A DNA stretch of 64,000 bases from Nitrospirota bacterium (GTDB lineage: Bacteria > Nitrospirota > Thermodesulfovibrionia > Thermodesulfovibrionales > JdFR-88): NCBI GenBank assembly GCA_021789555.1, contig JAJYJK010000009.1, forward strand, positions 5,222 to 69,221. The letters run 5' to 3'. The notes beneath the pieces were generated by a model, which was given only the letters and a program-made list of their open reading frames with translations, did not search any database and was not told the origin of the DNA. This document shows, one piece after another, positions 59,882 through 64,000 of the stretch (its first letter is position 1; each line of letters begins with the position of its first letter). The position numbers were made by a program, and so were the translations under genes.

Positions 59882-61216
59882 ATGAAACGTTTTAGCGACG
59901 TTGTGGAAGCAAATGGCGCTGTAAAACTCAAAGACAGGGCCGCATTCATTGAAAACCTGGACAGCTTCCTTTACGCGGCGGTCTTCGAGCCCGATGCCGC
60001 GCGGAAGACGGCGCTCCTGACGGCGATAAAGGAGGCCGCGAAGCAGGAGGGCGTCCTCCCGTGCTCCATCCACGATTTCTATATGGCGATGGGCGGCGAT
60101 TATGCCGGCATCACCGTGCCCGCGATAAACGTAAGAGGGCTCACATATGACGTGTCGAGGGCGATATTCAGAAAGGCCCTGGAGCACAGGGTGGGCGCCT
60201 TCATATTCGAGATAGCCCGCTCGGAGATAGGCTACACGAAACAAAGGCCGCTCGAGTACTCCACCGTGGTGTTGGCCGCCGCCCTGAAGGAAGGCTATAA
60301 GGGGCCCGTGTTCATACAGGGGGACCACTTCCAGTTCTCGCTCAAAAACTATCAAAAAGGCAAAGAGGCCGAGACCGAATACATAAGGGGGCTCGTGAAA
60401 GAGGCCATAGACGCGGAATTTTACAACATAGACATAGACGCCTCCACCCTGGTGGACCTCTCGAAGCCGGCCGTCAGCGAACAGCAGAGGCCGAATTTCG
60501 AGCATACCGCGATGCTGGCCGGTTTCATACGTGAGAACGAACCCAAGGGGATAACGGTCTCAATCGGCGGGGAGATAGGGGAGATCGGAGGCAAAAACAG
60601 CACGCCGGATGAGCTTTCGGCCTATCTGGAGGGTTTTAACGCAAGCTTCAAAGGGGAAAAGGGTCTCAGCAAGCTAAGCGTCCAGACGGGCACCTCGCAT
60701 GGGGGCGTAGTGCTGCCCGACGGGACCCTTGCCAAGGTGAAAATAGATTTTGACACCCTGAAGGTGCTCTCCGATATGGCAAGGAAAAAATACGGCCTGG
60801 GGGGCTGCGTCCAGCACGGGGCCTCCACATTGCCCGAAGAGGCCTTCGATATGTTCCCGAAAACCGGCACGGTCGAGGTCCATCTGGCCACCGGCTTTCA
60901 GAATATCATCTACGATAGCTCGCACCTGCCAGATGAATTCAGGCGGGAGGCCTACCAGTTCATCAAGACCGAGTACGCAGGCGAAAAGAAGGAGAGCGAG
61001 ACGGAAGACCAGTTCATCTACAAGACCAGGAAGAAGGGTTTCGGGCCGCTCAAGCAGAAGTGGTGGGACCTGCCGGCCGCAACCAGGGGCGAAATCATGA
61101 AGGAGATCGAGCAGAAATTCGAGCTGCTCTTTGAAAAGCTGAAGGTCAAAGACACAAGGGCCCTCGTCGACAGGCACATAAAACCCCTGCCCGTCAAAAA
61201 AGAAGTTTACCTCTAG
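59882..61216 (+). CDS. fba: Class II fructose-bisphosphate aldolase (long form)
   Basis: VPAINVRG, IQGDHF, SIGGEIGEIGG, QHGAST. Confidence 0.8.
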   Translation: MKRFSDVVEANGAVKLKDRAAFIENLDSFLYAAVFEPDAARKTALLTAIKEAAKQEGVLPCSIHDFYMAMGGDYAGITVPAINVRGLTYDVSRAIFRKALEHRVGAFIFEIARSEIGYTKQRPLEYSTVVLAAALKEGYKGPVFIQGDHFQFSLKNYQKGKEAETEYIRGLVKEAIDAEFYNIDIDASTLVDLSKPAVSEQQRPNFEHTAMLAGFIRENEPKGITVSIGGEIGEIGGKNSTPDELSAYLEGFNASFKGEKGLSKLSVQTGTSHGGVVLPDGTLAKVKIDFDTLKVLSDMARKKYGLGGCVQHGASTLPEEAFDMFPKTGTVEVHLATGFQNIIYDSSHLPDEFRREAYQFIKTEYAGEKKESETEDQFIYKTRKKGFGPLKQKWWDLPAATRGEIMKEIEQKFELLFEKLKVKDTRALVDRHIKPLPVKKEVYL

Positions 61217-61238
61217 AGCCTCCGTATCTCCAGGCTGG

Positions 61239-61268
61239 CAAACGGCCCCTCCGAAGAGGGGCCGTTTG
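61239..61268. terminator. Bidirectional hairpin terminator between fba and 61293..61628
   Basis: CAAACGGCCCCTccgaagAGGGGCCGTTTG. Confidence 0.6.
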
Positions 61269-61292
61269 GGTTATTTCACTTTTCTTATCAAT

Positions 61293-61628
61293 CTATTCGT
61301 TACAGATTATCTTTGACGGTATTATATTTATCTCATAAACTCCCCCGCAATCAACGGTCCCGCTGACAGTAAAACGCGAGAGTTTTTTACATGAGGACGG
61401 AGGTTTTCCTTGCCCTTTAATGTTGACGCCCACGAAATCACCTTCACCGCAAGTCAGGTTGGTCGATAAAGAGTAATGGTTGTCATCCGTCAATGTTGTT
61501 CCTATTATGGTCCCCTTAAGCGTGACGGACTGGCCGCAATGACAACTGTTGTCCGCATTTGCGATATAAGGACAAGACACAAACAGGACTGCAAAAAAAA
61601 CAAAAAACGCCACACGATTCATAAACAC
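61293..61628 (-). CDS. Small secreted Cys-rich hypothetical protein in a low-GC islet
   Basis: Signal peptide MFMNRVAFFVFFAVLFVSCPYIANA. 8 Cys. Local GC is visibly about 40% against about 60% in the flanks. Confidence 0.5.
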   Translation of the reverse strand: MFMNRVAFFVFFAVLFVSCPYIANADNSCHCGQSVTLKGTIIGTTLTDDNHYSLSTNLTCGEGDFVGVNIKGQGKPPSSCKKLSRFTVSGTVDCGGVYEINIIPSKIICNE

Positions 61629-61651
61629 CCCCTTTGGATTAATTATATAGC

Positions 61652-61732
61652 ATCTCTTGAAATTTGAAATGTGTAATCCAACCTTGTTTCCGGGGGCGGT
61701 AAAAAAGTACTCACATGAATTTCAAAAGGGCC
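61652..61732. repeat. Intergenic hairpin-forming repeat element, copy B (short form)
   Basis: Aligns with 33077..33194, with two internal deletions (6 and ~31 nt). Confidence 0.55.
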
Positions 61733-61819
61733 ATTATTATGACTATTGCCCTACCCTCTGCCAAGGGGCGGGGCGGAATTTCGGGCCGTTGCGCAGGGGC
61801 GCCGAGCGTCATCCGCTGC

Positions 61820-63115
61820 CTATCCAAGCACAACTACGGTGTAGCCGCCGAAGACCGCGCCGCCCTGCGTCCCGGTGACGCGATAAATGTGCGCGCTGCC
61901 TTTGCCGGGGGCGCCGTCAGTCGCGTGAAAGCCGACCTGTTGCCCATCGCCGTATACGGCGTGTCTTTCGGCTATCAAACCCGCGCCGGCTGCGTCAGGA
62001 ACATTCGCCAGATCGGGTAACGGGGTCCCCATGGCGGTAGGCGCAGTCAGCCCGACTGTGCCTGTGGCTGCGGCCGTCTGCGGCAATGCATTCCGGTCCA
62101 TCGTCACAAGATGGAGCCACGGCATGGCCCCCGTTTCGACCCGCTCGACCCCTACCTGCGCCGCGCCTCCGAAGAGAGGTCCGACCGCAATCGGCAGTGT
62201 CGGCATTTGCATAGCCTCCTGGGCCGACATCACATGGATATTGCGCTGGCCGACGTGACGGTTTCGTGAGGCGTCCCAGGCAGGTCCGGACAACGGATCA
62301 AGTACGGATTGGCTGACCCGGACTACCAGACACTCGTGCCCGCCGTTGAGAAACTGCGCGCGCCAACTGATCGGACATTTGACCAGCTTGTGGCTGCCGA
62401 TATTGCCTCGGCCGTTCAAGTCAACCCAGGTCGCGCCGATTAAATTCGCCTTATCGCCGCTAAAACCCAGTGAAGGATTGAACCAGTAGAACTCGACCAG
62501 CGTGTCGGGGCATGGCGCCTGTCCCAGATTCCAGACATGGGCATAAATCGTGTTGTCGCGGCCTGCTTCGGCGACTCCCCCGAGATCAGAGGGCACAGCC
62601 GGGGCATGGGAAGGGTCTACGCCCGGCAGGACAAGGATGTCGGGACTCTCCCAAAACACCCCCGTCAAAGGCCTGGCGCCGGTATCGCCGGCGTTCGCAC
62701 GCAGGAACAGCAGCGGAAGAAAGAGCCGGCTGCGGGCGCCCGGCCACACATTCGGCGCCCGCGTGGCGGTGGAGATCAACCCTGAAATTCCCGTTATGCC
62801 GACATTCAGGCTCCCATCGCTTGCGCCCGTGACGTGGTTGGGGCGGCCGGCTGTCCCGCTTTCTCCAGCCGGCGTCCCGCCATCATGCTTTCCCCCGGGA
62901 CAGCAGCAATGCACGTCGATATTAATCACCATGCCCTGGGGATCGAGGCGCTCATGGTGATAACGCCTGCGATGCCGGCGATGGGTCTCGTCCTCGCCGC
63001 CGATGCCTTGCTCGATGGCGTCTTCGACCCGGTCCGCGGCCTTCTCGACGCCATCGACTATGCGGCGAACAAATCTACCGATATTACCGCCCGTTTTTTT
63101 GTAATGGTCGCTCAA
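61820..63115 (-). CDS. Hypothetical protein (431 aa) with His/Arg-rich segment, CCC motif and a CARDB-like beta-sandwich pattern
   Basis: TTG start 63115 with a GAAGGAGG SD, overlapping the upstream stop (TTGA). HRRHRRRYHHERL...DVHCCCPGG. FWESPDILV...YAHVWNLG...VEFYW...GGHECLVVRV. Confidence 0.6.
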   Translation of the reverse strand: MSDHYKKTGGNIGRFVRRIVDGVEKAADRVEDAIEQGIGGEDETHRRHRRRYHHERLDPQGMVINIDVHCCCPGGKHDGGTPAGESGTAGRPNHVTGASDGSLNVGITGISGLISTATRAPNVWPGARSRLFLPLLFLRANAGDTGARPLTGVFWESPDILVLPGVDPSHAPAVPSDLGGVAEAGRDNTIYAHVWNLGQAPCPDTLVEFYWFNPSLGFSGDKANLIGATWVDLNGRGNIGSHKLVKCPISWRAQFLNGGHECLVVRVSQSVLDPLSGPAWDASRNRHVGQRNIHVMSAQEAMQMPTLPIAVGPLFGGAAQVGVERVETGAMPWLHLVTMDRNALPQTAAATGTVGLTAPTAMGTPLPDLANVPDAAGAGLIAERHAVYGDGQQVGFHATDGAPGKGSAHIYRVTGTQGGAVFGGYTVVVLG

Positions 63116-64000
63116 TTGGGACCTCCTTCAGGACCAGTCCCCGTGTCGCCGGAACGTCCCGGATAACGCAATTTCAGAGAAGGCAGGTATTCAGGGCCGG
63201 GTTCCTGCCCGGCCGGCGCCGGACCGGCCGGCTGCCACTTCGGGGCGCCCGCGCCCTCAGGCCACACCAGCGGGGCGGAATATTGTTGTCCGCGCGGATT
63301 TTTTTCCAGGCCATCACCCCGTATCCAGTCCCAGCACAAATAGCCAAACCCGCGGTCCCCGTCGAGATTGAAATTTGCGGAGTACTTCTGATTGTTCGCG
63401 ATTTGGCCCAGGAGATAGGCCGAATACAGGATCGGACCGCCCAGCGGGTTCGTGCCGGATAACAGTCCGCTTTTATCCGTCTGAGGGTAGCCCTTCGTGA
63501 AAGGCTGGTGCCCGATATATTCCGTATTGAGACTATCGGTCTTCCCGGGAGAAGAGGACTGCTCGTAAAGAGACCTCCTGCGGCTATCTGCGGGCAGCGC
63601 GTCGACACTAAGGAGCGTCGGCGGCATCGTCCCCAGGGGATATGGCCCGGAAATCGTCAGGGGTGTCTCGATACGGTTGCCGGCCTTCGCGGGGTCGGAA
63701 CTGTCGGTCCGGTCAGGGAAACCCCATGGACGGCGGAACTCCACCACATATTGACGGGGGTCCCCGACACTATTGGGCGATATGGACTGGACCTGTTTTA
63801 CGAGCCATGCCTGATAAGCCGCGATGTCGTCGAGGCCGGTCGCGCGTACAGGCAACCAGGGATAATCCGCGCTCTTTGGATTGCGAAGGGTGTCGGCGGT
63901 CAGCGCGGGGTCGTGATCGAGATTGCCCAGCACATCCCATGCCGCGGCAAGTGCGGCTGCGAACTGGCCGTCTACGGTGTGCCCGAGCGTGATGACCTCC
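63112..64000 (-). CDS. Hypothetical protein, C-terminal >=296 aa; 5' end outside window
   Basis: The frame is open from 63999 to TGA at 63114..63112 (...EVITLGHTVDGQFAAALAAAWDVLGNLDHDP...). No family recognised. Pro/Gly-rich C-terminus. Confidence 0.55.
   Translation of the reverse strand, partial: EVITLGHTVDGQFAAALAAAWDVLGNLDHDPALTADTLRNPKSADYPWLPVRATGLDDIAAYQAWLVKQVQSISPNSVGDPRQYVVEFRRPWGFPDRTDSSDPAKAGNRIETPLTISGPYPLGTMPPTLLSVDALPADSRRRSLYEQSSSPGKTDSLNTEYIGHQPFTKGYPQTDKSGLLSGTNPLGGPILYSAYLLGQIANNQKYSANFNLDGDRGFGYLCWDWIRGDGLEKNPRGQQYSAPLVWPEGAGAPKWQPAGPAPAGQEPGPEYLPSLKLRYPGRSGDTGTGPEGGPN

Overview
64-kb chromosomal segment, about 60% GC and densely coded. I saw no rRNA, tRNA, CRISPR array, transposase or integrase by eye. 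The gene content points to a diderm, probably anaerobic bacterium: a BamA-Skp-LpxD-FabZ-LpxA-LpxI envelope cluster, RNase Y/YmdB, a desulforedoxin-type domain, citramalate synthase, and a candidate Re-citrate synthase next to isocitrate dehydrogenase. Most genes are housekeeping (glnA, purM, surE-pcm, rny, dcd, asd, serA, purA, ispG, panC, priA, deaD, ribF-coaE, proA, bioA, fba) plus two sensor-kinase loci.

The pockets worth a second look:
1. 4.1-6.3 kb: a tandem module of two paralogous secreted Cys-rich beta-sandwich proteins. Each is associated with an unannotated 20-aa ORF ending in VCVHPC (two intact copies, one decayed). The module sits behind a good sigma70-type promoter with a perfect 13-bp inverted repeat just upstream. 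I consider this the best candidate for an undescribed peptide/secreted-protein system.
2. 61.3-64 kb: a low-GC islet encoding a Cys-rich secreted protein, followed by a translationally coupled two-gene operon of unknown function.
3. A 181-nt structured, 6S-like sRNA candidate upstream of rny.
4. A repeated hairpin element with two copies, plus a recurring G-rich motif.
5. A PriA with degenerate ATPase motifs.
6. A histone-H1-like tail fused to a desulforedoxin domain.
7. A ribF whose conserved N-terminus has no canonical start codon.

All functional calls rest on motif-level recognition of the supplied translations. No database search was run.
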